Shown piece by piece: positions 27,633 to 39,420 of a stretch of 64,000 bases of DNA. The stretch's first letter is position 1. Every line of letters begins with the position of its first letter. A program made the position numbers and the translations under genes. The notes below the pieces were generated by a model that made no database searches, was not told the DNA's origin, and saw only the letters and a program-made list of their open reading frames with translations. Origin of the DNA: Girardia tigrina (lineage: Eukaryota). The stretch lies in assembly GCA_001938485.1 (NCBI GenBank), contig MQRK01176000.1, positions 11,350 to 75,349 on the forward strand, read 5' to 3'.

Positions 27633-30212
27633 GCGAGAAGAAGGTCGTCGTTATCTTTGTGCCATCTTCCTAAACTTCCGATGACGAAGGGGAAGATCAT
27701 GATTTCGTTTTTGTTGTGACGTTCAATTAGGTCATTTGGACATCGAGGTAGTGAAAATAGGCTCTGTCGTAGGCATGGAGGAATTTTTTATCGACGTCCC
27801 ATTGGCTTTTTACTTCTATAATCCATGCGTTGACTCCAAGTTCGATGTACATGACTTTCCACTTCCCGTCTGCGAAAGTGTATCGTTTTTCGGTGTGTAC
27901 TGCATCTTCTCCGAGTCTTTTGTGTAGGAATTTTGCTAGATCATTTTTGATTTTTTAGTGTTTTGTTGTTCCAAAATCCATGGAGTAGTTGAATCTGTTA
28001 ATTATGTGTATAGGATTTTCTAGGTAATTTCCACATTTCCTGCACATTTTCGATCTTTCAGTGTAGAATAGGTGGCTTCGATACTTACATGAGAGGAGGC
28101 CTAATCTCGCTGTATGAATGAAGTACCAGTCTTCGAAGGTGATCCATACCCATTATGATTGTTTTGTTTAGATATTCATTGTTTATGCATATGTCGAAGG
28201 TTTCAGATAATCTTTTGCCTTGTAATAAAAGGTACTTGTGAGCTTGGTTTATATAATTGAATAAAATGGATGAGATTGTTGCTTAGTAAGAAGCATTGAC
28301 AAAGGTGATTTAGTTTCCGAAATGAATAGTTAGGTGGATTCTATTTTCTTCAGCGATCCAGTCGAGTTTAACATTAATGTTTAGTTTTTTCTTTAACATG
28401 GTTCTTGCGATTGTGAATTGGGACCATTGGCATGCTGCTTTGTCGTAGGGTTTAGGATCGTTACTGTTTAGATTAAGGATCATATTTGATATGTCATTGG
28501 GTAGATGGTGTTAGGAGTAGAAGTTACAGAGATTTGCGAAGGTTGCTTCTTTTAACTATGGGTCTTTAGAGTTAGCGAAGCGGTATATGTACATGATAGA
28601 TTGGACGGCATATTCATCAGCCATCTGAGTTGTTGTGTAGAAGAAAATGTCGCTAGTATTTTCTGGGAGTTTCATGAATTTTTGTACTTAACCTCTGATC
28701 TTGATGTCGAAAGTGGGTGCTTCACTTTTGTTGTTTGAGAAGTTGATCATTGCGATTTTGTTAGAACGAAGGTAAAAGGGTAGCTTAGTATGTATGATGC
28801 GTTTGTAAGCTGTGAATTTTCGATTAGGATATATTTCCATATATTTTCACAATGTTAGACCGAGCTTCAAGATGGCCAGAAACAGTTGCAGTGAAGAGCA
28901 TTGACAGTGAAATTACCTTTCCATATGAAACTGCTGCTTTGGAGCACTCAAACATATATTCACTGATCAAGGCAAGCAGTTCGCCTCAGAACTATTCAAA
29001 ACACTGGTCGAAAAATAAGGAGCTACTTGTATTCACACTTCTACGGATCACTCACAATCGAACGGATTAATCGAGCGTTTCCTCACATTCAAAACGTCGA
29101 TAAAAATCATAACAGACGGAAAAAGCCTTTGGGTTGACGAGATACATAAAGTCATTTTCGGATGGCGAAATACGTCAAACATGACTACCAAAATGTCACC
29201 GACACAAACTCTGTATGGTATATCTATACATTTTTTAACCGACTGGACAGATTCCAATTCGACACTTTCAGACAAGACTTTGCAAAGGAGATAAAACAAC
29301 ATTTGAACCAAAACATGGAGAACTATTGCACAATACCGAACAAATTTAAGATTTCTTCCCTACCAGCCTATACATAGCTAAATATGTTTGGTTAAAAAAT
29401 CAATCTGCACATGACTTTCAACCGACTTACACCGTACCATACCAGGTAATAGAATTAAAGTCACATTTTGTGTTTTGTTATTCTTATTTGTTCTTTTTAT
29501 TTTGTGGAAAATAGTTTTTGTAAAATGTATAAAGTTTGTTTTTTGCCTTTTGATTTTTTTATTAGATATTTGCGAAAAGTATTCGTGGTAGAATTCAAAT
29601 GTAATATTTTTTAATGTAAAATGATTATTTATCCTAAAAAAATTCGTAAAAAACGATATTGCTTTAACGTATCGAAAACCCTGAAAAATTTCGGACTGTC
29701 GCATTTTCTAAAAATGCTTATCTAAGAGGATATATTATTAAAAACACAATTATCTTAAATTAAACAATTGTTTAATTTTTAATTTGTTTAAATAAGGAGA
29801 TTAACAAGAATTAGAAAAATTTGAATTTTAATAAAATTTAGAACTGATTATAATAGTTTATAATAGAATTTTTGTGAAATCATTTATTTTGTACTGCCAG
29901 AGCCACCCAAACTATTATTGCATGCATCAAATGTAAACGATTAATATACATCCACTTATAGATTGTAAAGGCAAATTAAAGTTTGATAACTTGAAATTGC
30001 CTTTACAATGGAATAAATAAAAGTGATATACTTTTATAAATTTTATTTTAAAACAATAAACGGAAGGAGGTATAACGAAGTTAAACGAAACGATCAAGGT
30101 TTCGTTTATAAAAAGGAAACGTGATTATGGAGGGAGATATAAAAACGATTTAAACAGTTGATTAACTAGTAAAATAATAGTTCTTACTAGTGAGGTAAAC
30201 TAGAAAGGAGGC

Positions 30213-30441
30213 TATCGAATATTAGGTAGATAGGTTGTCGGAAGCTCTTCTTGTTCGTATAATGGATAGTTATCGAATATTAGATAGAGATGTTGTCGGA
30301 AGCTCTTCTTGTTCGTATAATGGATAGTTATCGAATATTAGATAGAGATGTTGTTGGAAGCTCTTCTTGTTCGTATAATGTAAAGTTATCGAATATTAGG
30401 TAGAGATGCTGTTGGAGGCTCTTCTTGTTCGTATAATGTAA
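30213..30441. repeat. Tandem repeat, 4 x 58 bp
   Basis: Unit tatcgaatattagatagagatgttgtcggaagctcttcttgttcgtataatggatagt starts at 30213, 30271, 30329 and 30387. Confidence 0.95.
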
Positions 30442-32291
30442 TAACTCTACAATGTAATCGTCTGTTGAGTATAATATTAGGATTTTGTTGTCGAAATTTC
30501 GTGGGATGTGATTAGACTGTTTCTTTTTTTTTAACGGATGTTGAATACCAATTGGTAAATAGTTAGAAGTTAATTCAAATTTTTAATCTTTTGATTTTTT
30601 TATCGAATTTTGAAATCGATATATTTTTTATATGTTTATATATATCGTAATATATAATCCTCCGCTCTACCGACAACAGTGATTTCGAGATTATTTCGAG
30701 TGAAATTTAGTGATGATGAGTGAGTTGAATGTTGACGGAAAGAACGCGAAAAATCGAACATTTTTCGGAAAAGACAAAAACAAAAAATCGACGAACTTAA
30801 AATAAAAAAAAATATATACGATATAAAAAAATTATTTTACATCAAAAATAAAAATGATTTAAATAAAATGATTTGAAATAAAGTACTGATAAAATTTAAT
30901 TACATCATTTTGAATTTTAATTAATAAACCTCTACATACATCATTAAGAAGCCGAATACAAGATTATACAGCTGGACAATATTAGACCACAATCAACCTA
31001 AAAGAGAGAGAAAAGATGTCACTTTCATCTTATTCACCTGATATTGAATTCTTGCTTTTTAAAACACTGTTTTCATCCAAAAAAATTTAAATCTACAAGA
31101 AGTCTTCAACGAGATTTTTAATCTTCTGATCAAAAGCCACCATTATTATTGTGAGGAATATTTTAAATTTGGTATGTTGAATTTTGTATGTTGAGTTTAG
31201 TATTTGGAAATGTGTTTCTCTCACCCAGATGGAAAATTGATATTTTGGATGTTCACGATGAATAATTATTCGATTATAATTTGCATTTTAAAGTACAGCA
31301 TAAGATATTTAAAAAAACTTTAAAAAAATATTAAATCGTTTCAAATTTTAATATTAAAAATTTAAATAAAGTAAATAGCTTTTAACTAAGTTTTAAATTA
31401 AATAAATGTTCTTTCTTTACATAACATCTTTTTTAAATAAAATTAATATGTAGATCAAATTATTACTAAAATTACAAAATTTGAACTTTAAAAATAAAAT
31501 CTGAAAATAATGAAAATTTGTTCGAATAATTGTTTATTAAAAACATTAACTAAAATTTATCAATTTAGAACGATGTCGAATTACGAAAGCTTTGCTGAGA
31601 GTTGTCCAAAAGACAATTCTGATTGTATTGAAAATAAAAGTTCGAAAACCCATGTTGGTATTCTTAATAATTATTATTTCTCAAATATAAAATTTTTAAG
31701 AAAAAATCAAAATTCAAAAACAAATTAAAATTATTAAAAGAAGTTAATTTATTTATAAAAGTTAATTCTTAAAACAATTTCTTTTTCTTGCGTGATTCTG
31801 GAATTTTCGTGATTGAAGATTTTTTTTGCATCTTTTCTTAGAGATCTGTAAATTGTGATTTGGTAAATAAAAATGTTTAATTGGGTTTCTGTGAATGTCA
31901 GTCTAATTTTTGTCTTAAATATTGCCAAAGCTGGAGTGGAAAGCAAATTGAAATGTGATGGTCAGTTTAAACTGAAACAAATTTAAAAGGTAATCATGAG
32001 GTTACTAAATCGGTAACAACACACACCGCGATTGCCAGTCCGTTATTCAGTCACTTCAATATTATCTTTCTACTGCCTGATAGCTCCATTGAAACATGGG
32101 ATTTATCTCTACCAGAATTCATTCTTAAGCAACTAACTTTTGAGATTATCAAAGATTCATTTAATATGGACAGATCGAAAACCTACTTAACTTATATTAA
32201 GTACCAGTTTCTATAGCAAAAGGACTTATAAAACCCCTCTGATCCGCGATTCCAGTATTAAAAAAGATTCAATAATGAAGTTTTTGTAATA

Positions 32292-33556
32292 TTAGGTGTA
32301 CAAGTATGAAATGTCGATTAAATTTTGAAAAGAAATACGTTAAAAACAAAAGAACGATAAAAAAAGCTTTATTCAAAATATGCTCCATTACTAATGATAC
32401 ATTTGTTTCATCTATATCTCAAATTGTGGATACCTCGCCAGTAAAAGTCTTCCTTTTTTCCATGAACCATTCATCGACCCATTTTTGCACATTTTCGTAA
32501 GAATCAAAGTGCTGCTGAGCGAGTGCGTGACCCATCGATGCAAACAAATGGTAATCTGAAGGAGCCAAGTCTGGTGAATAAGGCGCATGAGGTAAAACTT
32601 CCCAATTCATTTCCTCCAACATGGCGCGAACCGGTTTTGANNNNNNNNNNNNNNNNNNNNNNNNNNNNNNNNNNNNNNNNNNNNNNNNNNNNNNNNNNNN
32701 NNNNNNNNNNNNNNNNNNNNNNNNNNNNNNNNNNNNNNNNNNNNNNNNNNNNNNNNNNNNNNNNNNNNNNNNNNNNNNNNNNNNNNNNNNNNNNNNNNNN
32801 NNNNNNNNNNNNNNNNNNNNNNNNNNNNNNNNNNNNNNNNNNNNNNNNNNNNNNNNNNNNNNNNNNNNNNNNNNNNNNNNNNNNNNNNNNNNNNNNNNNN
32901 NNNNNNNNNNNNNNNNNNNNNNNNNNNNNNNNNNNNNNNNNNNNNNNNNNNNNNNNNNNNNNNNNNNNNNNNNNNNNNNNNNNNNNNNNNNNNNNNNNNN
33001 NNNNNNNNNNNNNNNNNNNNNNNNNNNNNNNNNNNNNNNNNNNNNNNNNNNNNNNNNNNNNNNNNNNNNNNNNNNNNNNNNNNNNNNNNNNNNNNNNNNN
33101 NNNNNNNNNNNNNNNNNNNNNNNNNNNNNNNNNNNNNNNNNNNNNNNNNNNNNNNNNNNNNNNNNNNNNNNNNNNNNNNNNNNNNNNNNNNNNNNNNNNN
33201 NNNNNNNNNNNNNNNNNNNNNNNNNNNNNNNNNNNNNNNNNNNNNNNNNNNNNNNNNNNNNNNNNNNNNNNNNNNNNNNNNNNNNNNNNNNNNNNNNNNN
33301 NNNNNNNNNNNNNNNNNNNNNNNNNNNNNNNNNNNNNNNNNNNNNNNNNNNNNNNNNNNNNNNNNNNNNNNNNNNNNNNNNNNNNNNNNNNNNNNNNNNN
33401 NNNNNNNNNNNNAAAACGCTTTATCAATTTATGAGTTACGTATGAGACACTACACAATTACTCAATATTATGACATCATTGCCTAACCATTGACCTACTT
33501 TTTGCATTGTGCACAATCCGTTTTCTGAAATATGCATTTCATACTTGTACACCTAA
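32292..33556 (-). mobile_element. Mariner element, interior mostly N gap
   Basis: TIRs ttaggtgtacaagtatgaaatg / catttcatacttgtacacctaa with TA; WEVLPHAPYSPDLAPSDYHLF. Confidence 0.9.
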
Positions 33557-35809
33557 TACAATGAACATTACCTCTGACAACCCTATATAAACATTCAGTG
33601 TTATTTAAGTATATTTTATTCACACGATATACTGAAAAAATATATCTACCTTGATAATGCTTCAGTGTATTTATACAATATTTCTGCCAAATAAATGACT
33701 GAAATTTAATTTATGTTTTAAATCGGAACATTCAACAATTCCTTAAAGACAAATTGCTGTGAAAAATAATTAATCTAAATTACTCTTGAAAAAAGTAATA
33801 ATTTTGACAGTCTATCAGAACAGTTACCATTCTTCAGATAGTATTTTAGTTAAATTCTATCAGACATTTTCTGACCATATCTGTCTACTTATACATTGAA
33901 AGTAGATCCATATTTAAATAATATTTAATTATATAAATAATACTAAATTATATTAAGCATTACATTTTAAGGAGAACACTTTTTGTATTAAACTGAACAG
34001 TGGAAGGGGGAAATGTTCACCCTCAATTAATCAAATAAGTTTATTGTTTGTTGTTCCGGTTTGAAATTTAAAATTTTTAAATAAGAATTTAAAATAAATT
34101 AATTAAAATAACATTTGTATTTATATATTTTTTTATTGTGATTCTGAAAATTATCGTGATTTAAGATTTTATTTAGAGTGCGTCATTGCATGGCTACGTT
34201 AATTTTTTAAAAAAAGTTTCCAAAAGTTTTTTTTTAATTAAAAAAAGAAAGTCATGTGCGTCGACCACAGAGATTTAGATCTTCAAATCGAACAATTGAA
34301 ACAATGTAACTTAATTTCCGCGAGTGTTTGCGGAAATACGGATTGGTCATCGTCTGAAGATACTGCACTGAGACGTTAGATGATATGAGTCTCTCGGATG
34401 TTATTGATATTCTGCGTTCTTCGTGATCTAGCGTGATAGAAGGATGTGTGATTTATTTTTGAACATAATCTTGAAATGATTTATCAGGCGTGGTCCTTTT
34501 CATAAGTTCAGATACAAATAAAATATATAAAAAGTTATAAAAAATATTATAAATTTTCTTTTGTTTGCAATAAATTTCACACAACCTTCTACTCTTTACA
34601 TCATTGAAAAAAATAAATCTCCGATCTTTTAAATGACAAATCCAGGTGTAAATTTTTCTTAAAAGGTGCAGTCTCCGCCTTACGGTTCCTCCAACTTGGA
34701 AAGAAATATGATTTTTTAGAAGATGGTTTATGATTGTACTTTATTTGACCTTACTTTACTTATGAAGGAGATTAATCAATCAAGAATATATTCAAATATA
34801 ATAATTATTTATTTATATTTAACAATAATATGTTTATTTTTTTAGAGACTTATTTAACAGAAATAATAAAAATAAATAAAACAGCCGTTTGTCGAGATTC
34901 AGGATTTAAGTGACAGAACATACAAGGAAGAATTGAGTTTCTAGACAAGTTTTGTAGATATTTTTATGTAAAATTAAACAAGTAAAGAAAATATTAAAAT
35001 AAAAAGATAAATAAATTAATATTTCAGTACTAAAAAACCTGTAGACTATTAATAGTAAAAATGGAACAATCATTGATTCTATTTGAACATCAAAATATTA
35101 ATAAGACAGAAAATGTTTATTAGGAAAAGAATATTTTAATGAATCTTGTGGAATCTGGAATATTCCCTGTCGATTATCTCATAGAAATTATGAGTCGAAT
35201 CTCTGACGAATGATACGAAATTGGAAAGTGATACGATTTACGGAGCGTAGGTCAAAGGAAACACTATATTGTAAATATAAGAGCAAGCCGCCTTTTAACT
35301 TCTCATGACGTAAAATATAAAGTTGAACTATATTTAGTTTTATCACTTTCCCCTTTATGCGAATAAATATTTGGATTATACAAAATAATATATACTTGTT
35401 AATGTTGTCAAATCAATGTCAAATTTTAACTATACAGTCGACTCTCGCTAATCCAAGCGTTTGGAACCAAAAAAATGTGTCCAGAAAAATATATATCTGT
35501 ACATTCAGGTTTTCTAAAGTTTTTAAAAACATTTATCAACATTATGTAATCCAATAAAATTCGATCATCTGCCCGAAACATGTTTCTTTCGGTCCCATAA
35601 TACACAAATGGTTTAGGGATAAAACATCGCGCGAAAAAACATCACAGGAAAAAATATCGCAGGTAAATTTTGTTACGGAAATTATAAAAATATTTAAAAT
35701 TTTTTTTGTAAATTGCTCAATAACCTTGCCTTACCCTAACCTAAATAACAAGTCATTTATAAATCCCAAGTTATTATTTTTGAGCATTAAAAAAATCATT
35801 TTTATCGTT

Positions 35810-36150
35810 TCGTTGGGAGTAATATTGCTGGACATATGAAGGGTTGTAAATCGGAGGTGAAAACAACTAATTTTAAAATATTGTGCAGTAATTTTAAAAA
35901 TTATTGGGAAAGAGTTACTTGTGAAGCATTATTGATTAAATCACTTAATCCGTCCATTAATGTACAAACAAGTCTCTCTTCCAATTTGTTGAAAATATTT
36001 AATTAGTTATTACCCAAGATGTTTGCATAATCATCAATTTGCTATATATAAGACAGCGAAATTGTTGTTAATTCAGCCTGAAGATGGTGGAAAATCCACC
36101 GAAAGATATTGCAATAAAATTTGATTTTAATGGCGTTCTTAATTATAAAA
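35810..36150 (+). mobile_element. Penelope-like element 3' end (GIY-YIG C-terminus plus pLTR)
   Basis: SNIAGHMKGCK..NFKILC..ERVTCEALLIKSLNPSINVQ..LKIFN*, followed by a hammerhead motif. Confidence 0.8.
36072..36114 (+). ncRNA. Minimal type I hammerhead ribozyme (Penelope-associated)
   Basis: CTGAAGA-T-GGTGGA aaa TCCACC-GAAA-gatatt: conserved core with perfect stem II, 70 nt after the PLE stop codon. Confidence 0.7.
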
Positions 36151-38388
36151 TTTTGCCATTATTTTTTAAATTTCTTATTAAAAACTCAAATATATATTCG
36201 AATAAAAGTGCTTCACATGTTACAAAATTAATGTAAAGCAAAAATTACTATATTTAAATATTATCACAGTTTTTGTGTTTCCTGTGATATTTTTTCTGGA
36301 TCCCTACACAAGTTAGGGTGAGTAGACTATATTAAGATCTATTTTCCAAAAAAGTTTAAATTAAGCTTGTCTAAAGTGCGCCTTATTGGACACATGTGGC
36401 TCGAAAACCTTTGAAATATGATGCAGTCACAAATTATGAAAAAAATTAAAAATACAAAGTTTTATTAAAAAAATCTTAAATCAATAAAAAAAATTCAAGC
36501 TGTTTTTCGATTACTTAAATTATTACGTGCTATCACTAAAGACGACTTTCAAAACTTTTTTAATGTGGATTTTTTATTTTTTTATTAAATCCTAACAATA
36601 GTTTGAAACTTTTTTTACAAATTTAAAATATGAATGTTAAATATATTTTTATCTTTTTTAAATTAATAAACTTTATTGCAAAAATAAGTTAATTTTCTTT
36701 TAAACTATATTGAGTTAATTTTTATTGCAGTTTATAGTTAAATATGTATGTGTGACCCATCAAATTTTTGGTTATAATGTGGCCCGAAGCGGTCATAGTT
36801 AAGACACCTATGGTTTAAATCAATAAGGAAAATAACTTTTAGAAAATTAAAGGGGAAAGTTTAATGCTGAAATATAAGTTTTAAATTTATATATTTAATT
36901 AGAGGCAAATATTTTAAAACATTATATTACCCGTGTTTTGATATTTCTTCCCAAACTGATTTCGAAAGATCATAAAGATATACATGAAGGTAAATTTTGT
37001 CTTATTTCATATAGTATTATTTGTTGATAAATTTATTGCGACATTTGTTTCATAACAACAAATCTTTCAACATTCTGTATGAGAAAACACGTCTTGATAA
37101 TACACTGATATGTTTGCCATAAGCGCTATCATAACGTTGCCGATGAAGACAACTAATGCAAACACATTCGAGCTAAAGCTAATGAACAAAATATTTGCTT
37201 TTGACAAATTTAATAAATTTGTTATAAATCTGAATAATATCTTCTAGTTGATAATTTCACAGCTCATTTATCTTCTGTGTAAGAAATGAGTGGTTAATTT
37301 GTTGAGCTCTTTTCCAATGATCATTTGGCAGCAATGGGCACCCCAAATGGAATGAGAATTCTCCTAATGGATTCTGTCTTGGTTAACGCTCGAGCGGTAA
37401 TCTATGTAACTGTATCAAGAATTACTCGTGTAAATTTGTGCATTTGCACGTCATGGTTTTATTTCCATTTCGTGGAAGATAAACCATCAATTGATTATCA
37501 GCCAACCTATTTTACTAATGGAAATTATATATTTTTCTCTGATCATGCTTGGTAATCTTTTCAGTAAATATACTGATGTATAATTTTCGTTGATATTCGT
37601 TTTAATCAGCAATTATAATTAAACATGACAAAACCTAAATCGATTCCATTTTAATATTAGTCGTTTTGTCATCAAATTTGGTTTTATCACGAAACATTTG
37701 AACAGTAGAAACAAATATTTGCATTCTTTTAGCTTATCTGGATAGTTCGACGGTCTTACCTTCAGTAGAGAATAGAAGTATCATAAATTTTTATACAGAC
37801 ATTTATCTTGCTTGATTGAATCTTTAATAACATTTATACATACATAAATGAACCCCATCGAATTATAACATCATTGAACAAATCGATGATGAATGTATTT
37901 GTGGTGCTCCTGTCAAACGACCGAAATTAAAGAAACGAACTTTTGTTTAAGTAAAGTAAACAAAAATATTTCAGACACAAATTAAAATTTTGTAATTATG
38001 ACGATGAAAATAAATGTTTTATGAAAAACACCGACTTATTATTTTTCCTTATCAATTTTTTATTGGTAATCGGATGAAATCGGTTGGGTCAGGTCAAACA
38101 TCACATCCTTCGACGAGATCATCCGCCACTTCGAGCGGATCCGGTAGTCACTGGGCCGGTAACGCGGAGCGAGAAATCGCAACGAACCGGATGGAGGACC
38201 GCTACTCAGTGGTGCACCGACCGGTATCGGTCGGGTCAGATCGAACTCTGGTCGGCACTGCATTGGTCATGACATTCTTTTATAATCATTATTCAACCAA
38301 AACCTAACAGTCACTGTCCATTTTGTAAAATCTGGCTTAACATTTTATAACTAATTTAATTATAGCACTTTTGAAAGTTAAATCATTG

Positions 38389-38422
38389 GACATGTTTCAC
38401 TGTTTTCCTACGTCATCATCAA
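38389..38422 (-). ncRNA. Degenerate minimal hammerhead at the 3' end of a Penelope remnant
   Basis: Minus strand reads tTGATGATgacgtaggaaaacagtGAAACATGTC; core C missing and stem II eroded. Confidence 0.45.
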
Positions 38423-38429
38423 TTATAAA

Positions 38430-39420
38430 TTAATACATATTAATTAAAATAAAAAAACAAATAATGGTAACTTTTATTTAATTAAAGATTTAGAGGAAAC
38501 TTTAAACTTTAGGTATCATTGAAACAATCTTTACACTACCTATTTTTTATAAATACTCTTCATACATACTCTGGACTATTTAGGATATTTAATCTTAATT
38601 ATCTGTTAGTAATTTTCAATGTTTTCTTCTTTTAAATCTTAATAAACTTGTGTCTATGTACTTGATTTGTCCATTGTTACCCTATTGTTGTACTCTATTT
38701 GCATTTTTGCATACATGGAGTTCCTTAAGCGTCCACTAAGAATATTCAAACAACGACCTCTTTGATTTAAAAATTGAAAACAAAATTCTTAACTTTATGA
38801 ACTAGGACTTTCATCATACCAACTTCATAATTTCCCTCACAAAAACTCTTGTTTCTGTTTCCTTTCTATATAATTCAGTTTGTATCTTTCATTTATTCTA
38901 GTAACAAGAATGCCAAAAAAAGAAAGTTTATCACTATCTTTCAGTTTTGTCGTAAATTTTAGATTAATATGAAGATTATTCATAAATTTTAAGAATGGTT
39001 CTTTGATGGATTAATTACTGAATACCGAAAAGATATCATCTACATATCACTTATAAAACACAGGTGCATCATCATATTTATCATTAAGGGTTACATTGAG
39101 GTATTGGATTTAAAATGAAATCTTCGAAGATTATTCATGATCTTAAATTCGATAGAAATCATTTGGCCCAATAGTGAATCAATGATCTGTGTGACACAAT
39201 AATGCTCAGTGTCAATCAATGATAGTACAGAGTGTAGTGAATGACCAACTTTATGCATTTTAGTTAGCCCATATCATTTACCGAGTTGTGAACCCTGGCA
39301 TGTCAACAGTTTTCTAAATTTCTGATCGATATTTCATTTTTAAGGTGATGTTTCCATTTATACTTCAATCAAGTTTCATTCTTCATTAGTAAAGCTTTAA
39401 TGTTTTTCTTCAATATTTAG
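38430..39420 (-). mobile_element. Degenerate Penelope-like element (RT remnants)
   Basis: GSQLGK*YGLTKMHK..L.SVLS and PVFYK*YVDDIF..FLKFMNNLHINLKFT. Confidence 0.8.

Larger units (their letters stand above)
25590..28838 (-). mobile_element. 5'-truncated RLE-type LINE inserted in the Gypsy integrase
   Basis: 11-bp TSD atatattttca (25579..25589 and 28839..28849), (TTAAA)n 3' tail, CRKC zinc knuckle, IIEVK, IFPFVIGSLGRW. Confidence 0.8.
25020..29380 (+). mobile_element. Gypsy LTR retrotransposon pol remnant (RNase H end and integrase), interrupted at 25590..28838
   Basis: FTITYLPGEQDTAADYMSR, HHCC remnants and LLGPL..YIF, resuming after the insertion as YIFTMLDRASRWPE..TDQGKQF..HSQSNGLIERF. 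Confidence 0.8.
35610..36304. mobile_element. MULE-type MITE
   Basis: 9-bp TSD tacacaaat/tacacaagt; aaaacatcacagg / cctgtgatatttt subterminal repeats. Confidence 0.6.
35435..36329. mobile_element. pogo/Tc1-type MITE hosting nested insertions
   Basis: TA-cagtcgactctcgctaa ... ttagggtgagtagacta-TA imperfect TIRs. Confidence 0.55.

Noticed and set aside
30213-30441. CRISPR-like repeat array
   Set aside because: Units are contiguous with no unique spacers, there are no cas genes, and the context is eukaryotic; it is a minisatellite
32504-33457. Long ORFs of 270-330 aa (also 41970..42953)
   Set aside because: Artefacts of N gaps inside mariner elements
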